Positions 1 through 11,698 of a stretch of 64,000 nt of DNA are shown here, one piece after another; the stretch's first letter is position 1, and each line of letters starts with the position of its first letter. Made by a program: the position numbers and the translations under genes. A model generated the notes under the pieces. It saw only the letters and a list, made by a program, of their open reading frames with translations, made no database searches and had not been told where the DNA came from. Origin of the DNA: Bacteroidales bacterium UBA1176 (lineage in GTDB: Bacteria > Bacteroidota > Bacteroidia > Bacteroidales > WCHB1-69); assembly GCA_002311645.1 (NCBI GenBank), contig DBYW01000035.1:26306-90305 (forward strand). The letters are read 5' to 3'.

Positions 1-2
1 TG

Positions 3-491
3 TTGGTAAACAACCGCAAGTTGGCGAAAACTTCTTCAAAACCCGGCAAAACACAAACCATCAACCATTTCCTCATCAACAAGGACTGGTATCTGGTTGA
101 CCTGCCCGGCTACGGCTATGCCTCCATATCCAAAGCCATGCGCGAAAAATGGCAGAAAATGATCGACGACTACTTGACAAAACGCGAGAACCTGCAACTC
201 GTCTTCGTCCTCATCGACTCCCGACTGGAACCTCAGAAAATAGACTTGGCCTTCATTTCCAACCTCGGTGAACGCGGCATACCCTTTTCGATTATTTTCA
301 CCAAAACCGACAAGGTGTCGCAGGCCAAGGTGCAGAGCAATGTGCAGAAATTTTACAACAAGCTGGCCGAAGAGTGGGAAGAAATGCCGTTCCGGCTGCT
401 TTCGTCGGCTGAAACAGGCAAAGGCAAGGAAGAGATCCTCAACTATATTGAACAAATCAATCTTCAGTTCCACCATAATCCCGAATCATGA
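3..491 (+). CDS. engB: Ribosome-biogenesis GTPase EngB/YsxC (YihA family), 5' end cut by window edge
   Basis: Translation shows TQTINHF (G2), DLPGYGYA (G3) and TKTDK (G4). The P-loop would lie upstream of the window. The stop overlaps the next ATG (ATGA at 488-491). Confidence 0.8.
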   Translation: MVNNRKLAKTSSKPGKTQTINHFLINKDWYLVDLPGYGYASISKAMREKWQKMIDDYLTKRENLQLVFVLIDSRLEPQKIDLAFISNLGERGIPFSIIFTKTDKVSQAKVQSNVQKFYNKLAEEWEEMPFRLLSSAETGKGKEEILNYIEQINLQFHHNPES

Positions 492-937
492 CAAAAAAAC
501 TACTTCTTCTGGCCATTGCGGCCATTATCGTACTGGCTCTTGCAGGTTGCAAAACATCCAAAAAAGCGGCCGAAGGAAAACAAATTTCCCTGGTCAACAC
601 CGTATGGTACTTGGAATCCATATACCAAAAGCCTATTGACCCGGAAACATACATGTCACAACCTCACCTTGTGTTCAACAACGAAGGACAATTCAGTGGG
701 AACCTGGGATGTAACACCTTTTTCGGTAAGTATTATCAGAAGAAAAAGAAACTCCAGATGGAATTCTCGGGCGCCACGAAGAAGCTCTGTCCTCAAATGG
801 ATACCGAACGTCTTTTCCTCAAAGGACTAAAAGAGAACATAACCTCATTCAGCATCAAGGACAGTGTGTTGATCATCTATGCTGACAAAGAGGAAATTTT
901 CAGATTCAAAGTCCGGGAAGAGTCCTCCGACAAATAA
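488..937 (+). CDS. META/HslJ-like domain lipoprotein
   Basis: 149 aa. It has a lipoprotein signal (LALAGC). WYLESI...GNLGCNTFFGKYY resembles the META (DUF306) domain. Confidence 0.6.
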   Translation: MTKKLLLLAIAAIIVLALAGCKTSKKAAEGKQISLVNTVWYLESIYQKPIDPETYMSQPHLVFNNEGQFSGNLGCNTFFGKYYQKKKKLQMEFSGATKKLCPQMDTERLFLKGLKENITSFSIKDSVLIIYADKEEIFRFKVREESSDK

Positions 938-961
938 CCAGATTGAACAATAATCCAGTAT

Positions 962-1001
962 AAAGAACAAGGCCGCTTCTTACGAGGCGGCCTTGTTCTT
1001 T
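962..1001. terminator. Bidirectional intrinsic terminator between convergent META-domain gene and gldJ
   Basis: 15-bp perfect stem AAAGAACAAGGCCGC / GCGGCCTTGTTCTTT with a 10-nt loop, flanked by A/T runs. Confidence 0.75.
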
Positions 1002-1019
1002 ATACTATATTATATATTG

Positions 1020-2522
<1,503 letters not shown>

Positions 2523-2571
2523 TATGAAAGTTGTTTAATATCGTTATGAAAAGAGTTGTTTGATTTTACGA

Positions 2572-3693
2572 TTAGAATGACGGGCACTTGAGATCCTTGA
2601 TGGCCTTGCGTTTCTTGGGGCAAGGCAGGAGCAGTTGGAGGGAGACCTCGTGGCTGCCACCGGTAGTGGCGCTGGCCAGTCTGCTGATAGTCAAATCATA
2701 GGAATACGCGATCTTGAACATGTTGTATTCAAGCCCGAACATGAAAATAAGAGCATCGGTGTTAAACGCCTTGGAGATTTGCATTTGTGGGATACCAAGG
2801 GTGTCTCTCACGATGGTGCCATTTTCGTCACGCACAAAATCGTTGTACTTGTATATGAGTCCATGACGGAACCACACACCGAGAGTGAAAGGATAGAATT
2901 TCATATAGAGGCCCTCGTTGAAATAATTGAAGCCCAGTTGGTGTTCGAAGATGAAATTGGGGCTGATGGAGATATCGCCGAAGGAGGTCTCTTTCTTGCT
3001 CTTGCGCTTAAGGTCGAAGTTTGCACCCACGTGGGCGGTGAATTTCAACATGTCATAGAACTTGCCGTCGGCATTGCCGGTGAGGAAGCTATAGGGGGTT
3101 GAGGACGACGAGAGGCTGAGCGTTGCGATGTGCTTGGCTGCGAAGCCAAAGTACACATGCGGGGTATAGCCCAAGAATCCAAAGGAAAAGTCAAGCGTGT
3201 TAATCTGATTGATGTAGTTCCCGATATTCTCGTTGGTCGTATACACGAAACCATATCTTGGGTCGATCATGTCGCCGAAGGTGAGTTTTGTCCAGTCGAG
3301 CGATTTGTTTTGGAATGCGGCTTGCAGGGCGAAACGCATGTTGAATTTCTTGGACACTTTGACCTTGAAGGAGTACATCAGGCTTGCGTTGTAGGTGTTG
3401 AGAATGCCACCTTCGCCCGCACGGTCACCCCAGAACTGCACGCCGATACCGCCATAGATTTTGTCGAAATGCTCGTCGTATGAAGCGGCGTAAGTCAGAA
3501 ATGTGCCCGGCATTGACGGCCATTGGTCGCGGAAATTGAAAGCGAGACGAGGACATATATTCGTGCCAGCCATGGCGGGGTTGAGGAAGAGCGGATTGGC
3601 GTAGAACTGCGAAAACATGGGGTCTTGCGCCTGAACCCGCGCTGTGGACAATCCCAGCAGGGCAACCAATAGTATGAGGATTCTTTTCTGCAT
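2572..3693 (-). CDS. PorP/SprF-family T9SS outer-membrane protein
   Basis: 373 aa. A signal peptide is followed by QDPMFSQFYANPLFLNPAMAG, the hallmark N-terminus of PorP/SprF proteins. The rest is beta-rich with a C-terminal aromatic residue. Confidence 0.75.
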   Translation of the reverse strand: MQKRILILLVALLGLSTARVQAQDPMFSQFYANPLFLNPAMAGTNICPRLAFNFRDQWPSMPGTFLTYAASYDEHFDKIYGGIGVQFWGDRAGEGGILNTYNASLMYSFKVKVSKKFNMRFALQAAFQNKSLDWTKLTFGDMIDPRYGFVYTTNENIGNYINQINTLDFSFGFLGYTPHVYFGFAAKHIATLSLSSSSTPYSFLTGNADGKFYDMLKFTAHVGANFDLKRKSKKETSFGDISISPNFIFEHQLGFNYFNEGLYMKFYPFTLGVWFRHGLIYKYNDFVRDENGTIVRDTLGIPQMQISKAFNTDALIFMFGLEYNMFKIAYSYDLTISRLASATTGGSHEVSLQLLLPCPKKRKAIKDLKCPSF

Positions 3694-3716
3694 AGCGTAC
3701 TGTGTTTTATAGCGGG

Positions 3717-3724
3717 CAAAAATA
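3717..3724 (-). promoter_or_regulatory. -7 promoter element (TATTTTTG on minus strand) for the porP/sprF-like gene and gldJ
   Basis: The minus strand reads TGTATTTTTGCCCGC, 23 nt upstream of ATG 3693. Confidence 0.6.
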
Positions 3725-3737
3725 CAAAAATATTTAT

Positions 3738-3745
3738 TATGTTTG
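3738..3745 (+). promoter_or_regulatory. -7 promoter element TATGTTTG, candidate for porU
   Basis: Matches TAnnTTTG, 93 nt upstream of ATG 3839. Confidence 0.4.
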
Positions 3746-3838
3746 CAACCCTAATTTTTATAATTACGAGCACGGCAATAATCACAACGGAAAAACGTTT
3801 GGAAAATTGCACACGTGCATTTTTTAAAACAACGACAA

Positions 3839-6800
3839 ATGACGAATAAATCTTGGGCATACTGCTGCATTTTTTTTGCATTCATTCTGCAAGTATCTCA
3901 TATTCAAGGACAAAGAATCGAGAAAAAAGTGGTTCTTTCTTGGGGTGACAACATTGTCCGAACCATTTCCGAAGACGAGACACGCGAATTCCTCCATTTT
4001 GACGGAGCTGTCTATCCCCTCTCCTTTCCCACCTTGCCCTCCTATTACGAACAAATTCCGATCGCACAATTCTACGACAAGTATGACATCACGGTCTCCA
4101 ACGTCGAGTATGCGGCAATGAGCGCGAGTGACGCGGCGCTCGTGCCCGCCAACTATCACAGCCGCACTCTTGACGTACAAGCTCACTCCGCACATGCGCG
4201 CACATCCACGTACCTGATGCTGTCGTTTATCCCCATTGTGGAGGTCGGCGACGGCCAATACCGGCGGGTCGTTTCGGCAACCATAACGTTGGAAGGCAAA
4301 ACAGCCGCAAGCGGAACAACCTCTCACCACGACAGCAAAAGCCACGCCACGCAGTCTGTGCTCGCATCCGGGCAATGGTACAATTTCGCCGTAGAGAAGA
4401 CAGGCATCTACAAAGTCACTTACGAAGACCTTGTCGCAATGGGCATGCCCACGCCCATCTCATCGTCGCAGATAGCGTTGTTCGGCAATGGCGGCAAGAT
4501 GCTGCCGGAGGCTAACGCCACCCCGCGAACCGATGACCTGTTGGAACTGCCCATCACCATCGTGGACGGCAACGACGGCACGATAAACGCAGGCGACTAC
4601 TTCATCTTTTACGGCCAGTCGCCGCATTCCTGGACCTATCAACCCGACTTGCACCAGTTCTCCCACACCACCAACCTTTACTCTGATGTCTCGTGGTATT
4701 TTGTCACCTCCACGCCGGGCGTGGGATCAAAAAAACGCGTGGAAAACAGCAACGATGGGGCCTTGACCCCCACTGTCACTGTGAGCAGATACACGCATTA
4801 CGATTTTTACGAGACAGACAGCCACAATTTCGGCGAATCGGGCAAAGAGTGGTTTGGGGATGTTTTCGATGCCACCACGGAGCGCAGCTACACATTTTCC
4901 GTGCCAGGGTATGAGTCCGTGCCATCGCGGATTTCCGTGGCCGGGGCCTGCGCCTCGAGTGCACACTCCTCCATGAGCATAACCGTCAACGGCACCAGCG
5001 CGGGGAGTCTGCACTTCCCCTCCATCAGCGGCAACATTATTGCCACCATGAGCCGTAATGATTTCACCTTCACGCCAAGTTCCTCAACCCTAAACGTAAC
5101 ATTGAGCTACAGTAAGCCGACCACCTCCTCCGCAGCTTACCTCGACTGGATTGAGATTGAGATTCCATGCCGGCTGACGATGCATTCGGCGCAGTTTCCA
5201 TTCTGCAACACCAGCACCGTGGGTGCCGGCAGCGTCACGCGATTCAACATTGCCAACGCGAACGGAAACACTGTGGTTTGGGATGTTACGGACCCTTCGC
5301 GCACCACGCGCCAGGTGCTCACGCAAGACAACGGCCAATACGGATTCACCGTCCGCACAGACTCCCTGCGCCACTTCTATGCCTTCAACGGCACATCCTA
5401 CCTCAGTGTGACACGCGGCGGTGCCGTCGAGAACCAGAACCTGCATGCCACGGGCAATGTGGACATGGTGATTGTCACCCATTCCAAATTTCTCGCACAA
5501 GCCAACGAATTAGCCAAGTTCCGTCGCGAAAACGACGGCCTGTCCGTCCATGTGGCCACTATCCAGCAGGTATACAACGAATTTTCCAGCGGCTCGCAGG
5601 ATCCCATCGCCATCCGCGACTATATGAAGATGATCTACGACCGCAGCAACAAGCAATACCCCAAATACTTATTGTTGGTGGGCCGGCCTTGTTACGACTA
5701 TCGGGGCAGGGTCAGCGGCACCGAGATTTTCGTGCCAAACTATCAAGGGCACTCCGACGGCAGCACCATTTCCGAGATCAGTTTCTACGCCAATGACGAC
5801 GCTTTCGGCCTACTCGACGACGAGGAGGGAAACTCCACCTACGGACTTTACGACATCTCCATTGGCCGTTTCCCGTGCAGCACGGTCTCACAAGCCCGAA
5901 ACGCCGTGGAAAAGAGCATCAACTACACACAGCACAAGAGTTTAGTGAGTGAAAACGCCACGCAGATTTCCAATTTCGGAGACTGGCGCAACATGATGGC
6001 TTTCGTGGCCGATGACGAAGAGTACAACGACTTCCTTTCCAATGCGGACAATTTCTCGACTATTGTGAAAAATACCAACCCCAACATCAACTTCGACAAA
6101 ATCTACTTGGATGCCTTCCAGCAAATTTCCAATGCAGGCGGGCAGCGTTACCCCGATGTCACGGCAGCCATCAACAACCGCATGAACCGTGGTTCGCTGT
6201 TTTTCACCTACATCGGGCACAGCGGCAAAGACGGCTGGGCTGCCGAGCGCATTATCGAGAACTCCGACATCAACCGCTGGAACAACAAATACAACTTGCC
6301 GGCGATGTTGACGTTGTCTTGCACATTCGGTTTCTACGACCGGCCTGTGCTTTCGCCTGCGGACATGGTGCTGTTCAGCGGGATCGGCGGCGTGAGCGCC
6401 ATCATCACGGCCACACGCGAGGCATGGTCGTCGCCCAACAACGCCTACGGACGCCACATCTTCAACACAATGTTCTCCACCACGGACGGGCACTACCCAA
6501 CCATCGGCGACATAGAGCGACGCGCCAAGAACTCATACGGCGGCAATTCCACCTCGTTGGCCATGTTCGTACTTTTAGGGGATCCCTCCATGCCATTGGC
6601 CATCCCCCAATATCGCATCGTCACCGACTCTATCAACCACAAAGCGGTCGGAGAGCAACAAGACACTATACGCGCACTCTCCCTGATGAGCGTCAGTGGA
6701 CGTGTTGTCGACGAGAACGGCCAGACCCTCACGAATTTCAACGGCTCGGTGTACCCCTCCGTCTACGACAAGGCCGTCACCGTGACGACTCTATCCAACG

Positions 6801-7687
6801 ACCCCAGTAGTCCACCATTCGACTTCCAGCAACAAAAAAGCATCCTCTTCAAGGGCAACAACAGCGTGAAAGACGGTCGTTTCAGCTTCTCCTTTTATGT
6901 GCCCAAGGACATTGACTACGACTACGGCGCGGGCAAAATCAGCTACTATGCATGCAGTCAGAACCAAGATGGCGCGGGTGCATTTACGGAATTCATCATC
7001 GGCGGCACCGACACCAACGGCGTGGACGACAAAGAGGGGCCCACCATCGAGCTCTATCTCAACGACGAACAGTTTGTCAACGGCGGTATCGTAAATCCCG
7101 ACCCCACTCTTATCGTCAAGGTGCATGACAACTTCGGCATCAACACCACGGGCAACGGCATCGGACACGACCTCACGGCCATCCTCGACAACGCCTCCGA
7201 ATCGCAAATCGTGCTCAACGACTATTTCCAGAACGACAAGGACAGTTCCAATTCCGGCACGGCACGCTATAGTCTCAACGACCTTGCCGTCGGCAAACAC
7301 TCCCTGCTGGTCCGCGCCTGGGATATCAACAATAACCCTTCGGAAAGCACCCTCGAGTTCGAGGTTGTTTCCGACACAAAGCTGACACTCAGCCATGTGC
7401 TCAACTACCCCAACCCCTTTACCACGCACACCGACTTCTTCTTCGAGCACAACCAAAACGGCGGGCTTTTCGATATCCAGGTACAGATTTACACCATCTC
7501 GGGCAAACTCGTCAAAACCATCACGACTTCACAGTATCTGGAGGGCAACCGCAGCATGGCCATCCCCTGGGACGGCCTCGACGACTATGGCGACAAGATT
7601 GGCAAGGGTGTCTACATGTACAAGTTGCGCGTCCGAAACAGCGAAAATGCAACAGCCGAAGTTGTGGAGAAGCTGGTGATTTTGTAA
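3839..7687 (+). CDS. porU: T9SS C-terminal-signal peptidase PorU (C25 gingipain-like)
   Basis: ATG at 3839; the track ORF begins at an upstream GTG at 3815. 1282 aa. His and Cys blocks YIGHSGKDGW and LTLSCTFG are present. It has its own C-terminal CTD (LNYPNPF...GVYMYKLRV) and is followed by porV. Confidence 0.85.
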   Translation: MTNKSWAYCCIFFAFILQVSHIQGQRIEKKVVLSWGDNIVRTISEDETREFLHFDGAVYPLSFPTLPSYYEQIPIAQFYDKYDITVSNVEYAAMSASDAALVPANYHSRTLDVQAHSAHARTSTYLMLSFIPIVEVGDGQYRRVVSATITLEGKTAASGTTSHHDSKSHATQSVLASGQWYNFAVEKTGIYKVTYEDLVAMGMPTPISSSQIALFGNGGKMLPEANATPRTDDLLELPITIVDGNDGTINAGDYFIFYGQSPHSWTYQPDLHQFSHTTNLYSDVSWYFVTSTPGVGSKKRVENSNDGALTPTVTVSRYTHYDFYETDSHNFGESGKEWFGDVFDATTERSYTFSVPGYESVPSRISVAGACASSAHSSMSITVNGTSAGSLHFPSISGNIIATMSRNDFTFTPSSSTLNVTLSYSKPTTSSAAYLDWIEIEIPCRLTMHSAQFPFCNTSTVGAGSVTRFNIANANGNTVVWDVTDPSRTTRQVLTQDNGQYGFTVRTDSLRHFYAFNGTSYLSVTRGGAVENQNLHATGNVDMVIVTHSKFLAQANELAKFRRENDGLSVHVATIQQVYNEFSSGSQDPIAIRDYMKMIYDRSNKQYPKYLLLVGRPCYDYRGRVSGTEIFVPNYQGHSDGSTISEISFYANDDAFGLLDDEEGNSTYGLYDISIGRFPCSTVSQARNAVEKSINYTQHKSLVSENATQISNFGDWRNMMAFVADDEEYNDFLSNADNFSTIVKNTNPNINFDKIYLDAFQQISNAGGQRYPDVTAAINNRMNRGSLFFTYIGHSGKDGWAAERIIENSDINRWNNKYNLPAMLTLSCTFGFYDRPVLSPADMVLFSGIGGVSAIITATREAWSSPNNAYGRHIFNTMFSTTDGHYPTIGDIERRAKNSYGGNSTSLAMFVLLGDPSMPLAIPQYRIVTDSINHKAVGEQQDTIRALSLMSVSGRVVDENGQTLTNFNGSVYPSVYDKAVTVTTLSNDPSSPPFDFQQQKSILFKGNNSVKDGRFSFSFYVPKDIDYDYGAGKISYYACSQNQDGAGAFTEFIIGGTDTNGVDDKEGPTIELYLNDEQFVNGGIVNPDPTLIVKVHDNFGINTTGNGIGHDLTAILDNASESQIVLNDYFQNDKDSSNSGTARYSLNDLAVGKHSLLVRAWDINNNPSESTLEFEVVSDTKLTLSHVLNYPNPFTTHTDFFFEHNQNGGLFDIQVQIYTISGKLVKTITTSQYLEGNRSMAIPWDGLDDYGDKIGKGVYMYKLRVRNSENATAEVVEKLVIL

Positions 7688-7813
7688 AACCGACGCATAG
7701 GTCGCCTATATAGATCATTTTTTTGAAAAAAATTTTTTCTGTATAAAAATAAAGTTAGAAATCACACGTTACCATCTTTTGTGTTAAAGAAAAGAGAAAC
7801 GTACATCATCGAC

Positions 7814-9088
7814 ATGAAAAAGAAAGTTTTCCTCCCAGCACTGATCGTGCTATTCACTATCTCACAGCAACTTAATGCTCAATCCATTAATCCGAGCCAG
7901 CTTGGCGGCAAGGAATTGAACACCATCACCACGGCAGTGCCATTCCTCAATATTGCGCCCGACTCGCGCGCTGGCGGCATGGGCGACATGGGCTGCGCCA
8001 CCTCCGCCGACATCAACTCGCAGGCATACAACCCCTCCAAATACGTCTTCAACAAGAACACCTTCGGTGTCAGCGTCTCCTACAGCCCTTGGCTGCGCAA
8101 TTTAGTCAACGACATCAACTTAGCCTATCTCAGCTCCTACTGGCGCATTACAGAAATGGATGCCATCGCCTTTTCGCTGCGTTATTTCTCGTTAGGTGAC
8201 ATCCAGTTCACCGACGACCAGGGAAATATGATTTCCGAGCAGAATCCCAACGAGTTCGCTCTCGACTTCACCTACTCACGCAAGTTGGTGGACCATTTTT
8301 CGATCGCGTTGACACCCCGTTTCATTTATTCCAACCTCACAGCCGGCCAATACGTAGCGGGTGAGGAGACCAATGCAGGTCTTGCAGGCGCTGCCGACCT
8401 TTCCTTCTTCTACGAGCAGGATTTCAAAGCGAAAAACCTGGAAAGCAGCACATTGCGTGCAGGTTTATGTATTTCCAACATGGGTAACAAGATGTCCTAC
8501 TCTTCGGGAACGCTTCGCCGTGACTTCCTGCCCACAAACTTGCGCCTCGGTTTAGGCTACGAAATGGGCTTCGACAGCTACAACAAGCTGGCCATCACAG
8601 GCGAAGTCAACAAGTTGTTAGTACCGACAAACCCCGTGTACGCCACCGACTCCATCACGGGACGCATCTTATACGACGAATATAACAACCCGATCATCCT
8701 GTCGGGCAAGGATCCGGACGTCTCCGTGCCACAGGGCATGATCCAATCCTTTTACGACGCCCCGGGCATCGGACAGAACGGTGCCACCGGCAGCGTCTTC
8801 CGCGAAGAAATGGCCGAAATTGCATGGGCGTTGGGTGCGGAGTACAGCTATCGTGACCTCTTCTTTGTGAGACTCGGATATTTCCACGAGAGCAAATACA
8901 AAGGCAACCGCCAGTTCCTCACCATTGGCGCAGGCATCAAATACAACGTCTTCAACATCGACGTGGCCTATTTGTTCACCACCAACGGACAGAAGCACCC
9001 ATTATCCAACACGCTGCGCTTCACCCTCTCCTTCGATTTCACATCCTTCAACAAGGACGAGATCAAACAACAAGGCCGTCTCCGCTAA
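7814..9088 (+). CDS. porV: T9SS outer-membrane shuttle/channel protein PorV (LptO)
   Basis: ATG at 7814 gives the signal peptide MKKKVFLPALIVLFTISQQLNAQ. The motif TAVPFLNIAPDSRAGGMGD is present. 424 aa, barrel-like. Confidence 0.85.
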   Translation: MKKKVFLPALIVLFTISQQLNAQSINPSQLGGKELNTITTAVPFLNIAPDSRAGGMGDMGCATSADINSQAYNPSKYVFNKNTFGVSVSYSPWLRNLVNDINLAYLSSYWRITEMDAIAFSLRYFSLGDIQFTDDQGNMISEQNPNEFALDFTYSRKLVDHFSIALTPRFIYSNLTAGQYVAGEETNAGLAGAADLSFFYEQDFKAKNLESSTLRAGLCISNMGNKMSYSSGTLRRDFLPTNLRLGLGYEMGFDSYNKLAITGEVNKLLVPTNPVYATDSITGRILYDEYNNPIILSGKDPDVSVPQGMIQSFYDAPGIGQNGATGSVFREEMAEIAWALGAEYSYRDLFFVRLGYFHESKYKGNRQFLTIGAGIKYNVFNIDVAYLFTTNGQKHPLSNTLRFTLSFDFTSFNKDEIKQQGRLR

Positions 9089-9092
9089 TAAT

Positions 9093-9575
9093 ATGGACAA
9101 GGATTTCCGCGTGGGCATAGGATACGATTCCCATCGTTTCACGGCAGGCAGACCGCTTGTCTTGGGTGGGATACACATTCCCTACGAATTAGGTTTGCAT
9201 GCCCATTCCGACGGCGACGTGCTCATTCACGCGATTTGTGACGCCCTTCTTGGGGCCGCCGCCCTCAAGGACATCGGCACACACTTTCCCGACAACGACG
9301 GCGCATACGCCAACATTGACAGCACATGCCTGCTCACCCAAGTGGTGGATCTGCTTTACCAACAAGGCTGGAACGTCCATAACGTGGACTGCACCCTTGT
9401 TTTGGAGAAACCTAAGATGAAATCATACATCGACGAGATGACGACCACCCTGTCAAAACTCCTTCACATAGATCCCGCCAATCTCTCCATCAAGGCGAAG
9501 ACCAACGAGGGCATGGGGTTCACCGGCCAAGGCGAAGGCATTGCCGCCATGGTCGTCGCTACGATTAAACAATAA
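9093..9575 (+). CDS. ispF: 2-C-methyl-D-erythritol 2,4-cyclodiphosphate synthase
   Basis: The internal ATG at 9093 lies 4 nt after the porV stop. The product is 160 aa with GIGYDSHRF and HAHSDGDVLIHAICDALLGA signatures. Confidence 0.9.
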   Translation: MDKDFRVGIGYDSHRFTAGRPLVLGGIHIPYELGLHAHSDGDVLIHAICDALLGAAALKDIGTHFPDNDGAYANIDSTCLLTQVVDLLYQQGWNVHNVDCTLVLEKPKMKSYIDEMTTTLSKLLHIDPANLSIKAKTNEGMGFTGQGEGIAAMVVATIKQ

Positions 9576-9585
9576 CATTTTCCAC

Positions 9586-11631
9586 ATGACCACACAAGAT
9601 CCCAACCTGTCCAACCCCCTCCTGCAAGAGTGGGGCACACCTTACGCAACCCCTCCTTTTGACCTCATCCGCCCGGAACATTACGTGCCGGCCTTCACCG
9701 CTGCCATTGAGATGGCACGTGAAGAGGTGGAGCGCATCAAGCACAATCCGGAGGCTGCATCTTTCGAAAATACCATTGCAGCCCTTGACCGCACTGGCGA
9801 GACGCTGGGCCGAGCCGCCGGACTGTTCTTCAATCTCATCGAATGCGATGCCACACCCGAGATGCAGGAGATGGCCAACACCATCCAACCGATGGTCACC
9901 CAATATTACAATGAACTATATCTCGACGACACGCTTTTCGAGCGTGTGCGCCAAGTGTACGAACATGAACTGGACACCCTTTCGGGCGAAGACCGCATGT
10001 TGCTGAAACTGACATACGATGCCTTCGAGAGCAACGGTGCCACTCTGCCCGCCGACAAGAAGCCCCTCTTCCAGGAACTTTCCATCAGGCTCTCCAACCT
10101 GACCCTGCAGTTCGGGCAGAACGCCTTGGCCGCCACCAATGAGTGGCAGTTGCATGTCACCGATGCGGCACGCCTGCAGGGAATTCCCGAAGGGGACATG
10201 GAGATAGCGGCCCAAAAGGCTCGTGACAAAAAGCTCGAAGGCTATCTTTTCGACCTTTCCCATCCCAGCCGCCGCGCCGTGCTCACCTATGCCAACGACA
10301 GGACCCTGCGCAAAGAGATGTACGACCATTCCTGCTGCATCGCCCACGGCGGCCCCCACGACAACAGCGACAACATCCGTCAGATTCTCTCCTGCCGCCA
10401 GCAAATCGCGCATTTGCTCGGCTACGAGAACTATGCGCAGTATGTGCTGCACAATCGCATGGCGCAAAACGCCGAAGAGGTCTACAAACTGCTCGACGAG
10501 CTAAAAAGACACTCCTTGCCCGCCGCCCGCCGTGAGGTGTCCGCACTGACAGACTACGCACACGCCCTCGGCTTTGAAGGCGAGCTTCAACCTTGGGATT
10601 TCTCCTATTATTCCGAAAAACAAAAAGACGCACTCTTCCAGCTCAGTGCCGAGACACTCAAGCCTTATTTTAAGCTCGAGAATGTCATTGACGGCATTTT
10701 TTCGTTGGCCGCCCATCTCTATGACCTGCGTTTTGTGGAGACATCAAGCATTGCGGTCTACCACAAGGATGTGAAGGTTTACGAAGTGTACCGAAACGAC
10801 CGCTTCATGGCAGTGCTCTATCTGGACTTCCACCCGCGCGCCACCAAGCGCAGTGGCGCCTGGATGACCACCTTCCGTGAGCAGTGGATAAACGCAGAAG
10901 GACACGACGTGCGCCCGCTCGTGAGCCTTGTGATGAATTTCACTCCCTCCACGGCCAAGCGTCCTTCGCTGCTCACCTTTGACGAAGTCACCACTTTCCT
11001 CCACGAGTTTGGCCACGCCTTGAACGGCATGCTTTCCGATGTGCATTACGCTTCCTTGTCCTGCACCAATTCACAGCATGATTTTGTGGAACTGCCCTCG
11101 CAACTGAATGAAAACTGGGCGGTGGAAATGGAATTTCTCAAGACTTTCGCGCACCACTACCAGACAGGCGACCTTATTCCGGAAACATACGTAAAGCAAC
11201 TCAAAAAGATGCGCCAATACATGGCGGGCTACGCTTCGGCGCGACAACTGTGCTTCGGCTACCTCGACATGGACTGGCACACCACCGAGTTCGGCAACGA
11301 CATGGATGTGCGCGCCGAGGAGCAACGCGTTTTTGCGCCGCTATCCACGCTCCCCGCACATCCCGACGCTTGCATGTGTACCAGTTTCAACCACATCTTC
11401 TCGGGCGGATACGCCGCCGGTTACTACGGATACAAGTGGGCGGAAATGCTGGAAGCCGACGCCTTCTCGCTTTTTAAAGAAAAAGGAGTGATGAACAAAG
11501 TGGTGGCCCGACACTATTTGGAGACTATCCTATCAAGGGGCGGCTCCAAGCCTGCGATGGAGATGTTCACCGATTTCCGGGGACGCGCGCCTAAACTTGA
11601 CGCCCTCCTCGAAAGGGAAGGACTGAAATAA
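9586..11631 (+). CDS. dcp: M3-family peptidyl-dipeptidase / oligopeptidase (Dcp-like)
   Basis: ATG at 9586; the track ORF begins at an upstream TTG. 681 aa with zinc motif HEFGH, and M3-like along its length. Confidence 0.8.
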   Translation: MTTQDPNLSNPLLQEWGTPYATPPFDLIRPEHYVPAFTAAIEMAREEVERIKHNPEAASFENTIAALDRTGETLGRAAGLFFNLIECDATPEMQEMANTIQPMVTQYYNELYLDDTLFERVRQVYEHELDTLSGEDRMLLKLTYDAFESNGATLPADKKPLFQELSIRLSNLTLQFGQNALAATNEWQLHVTDAARLQGIPEGDMEIAAQKARDKKLEGYLFDLSHPSRRAVLTYANDRTLRKEMYDHSCCIAHGGPHDNSDNIRQILSCRQQIAHLLGYENYAQYVLHNRMAQNAEEVYKLLDELKRHSLPAARREVSALTDYAHALGFEGELQPWDFSYYSEKQKDALFQLSAETLKPYFKLENVIDGIFSLAAHLYDLRFVETSSIAVYHKDVKVYEVYRNDRFMAVLYLDFHPRATKRSGAWMTTFREQWINAEGHDVRPLVSLVMNFTPSTAKRPSLLTFDEVTTFLHEFGHALNGMLSDVHYASLSCTNSQHDFVELPSQLNENWAVEMEFLKTFAHHYQTGDLIPETYVKQLKKMRQYMAGYASARQLCFGYLDMDWHTTEFGNDMDVRAEEQRVFAPLSTLPAHPDACMCTSFNHIFSGGYAAGYYGYKWAEMLEADAFSLFKEKGVMNKVVARHYLETILSRGGSKPAMEMFTDFRGRAPKLDALLEREGLK

Positions 11632-11636
11632 AAAAG

Positions 11637-11669
11637 AAGAGGGGCTTCAAACGGAGTCCCTCTTTTTTT
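11637..11669. terminator. Intrinsic terminator after dcp, shared with the convergent CTD-protein gene
   Basis: Stem AAGAGGG / CCCTCTT followed by T7, with an A-run upstream. Confidence 0.65.
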
Positions 11670-11698
11670 ATCATAATTTGCCTGAATACAACTATTCC

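Noticed and set aside
8925-9575. Long upstream extensions of ispF (from 8925), dcp (TTG 9541), rSAM (13958), gldF (21317), gldG (22014), FISUMP (29975), PD40-Omp85 (50310), helicase (57920), prfA (62385) and sufC (62362).
   Set aside because: The extensions overlap the preceding gene or run through promoter motifs. They encode low-complexity or non-signal sequence. Internal ATGs restore canonical N-termini (signal peptides or conserved family starts).
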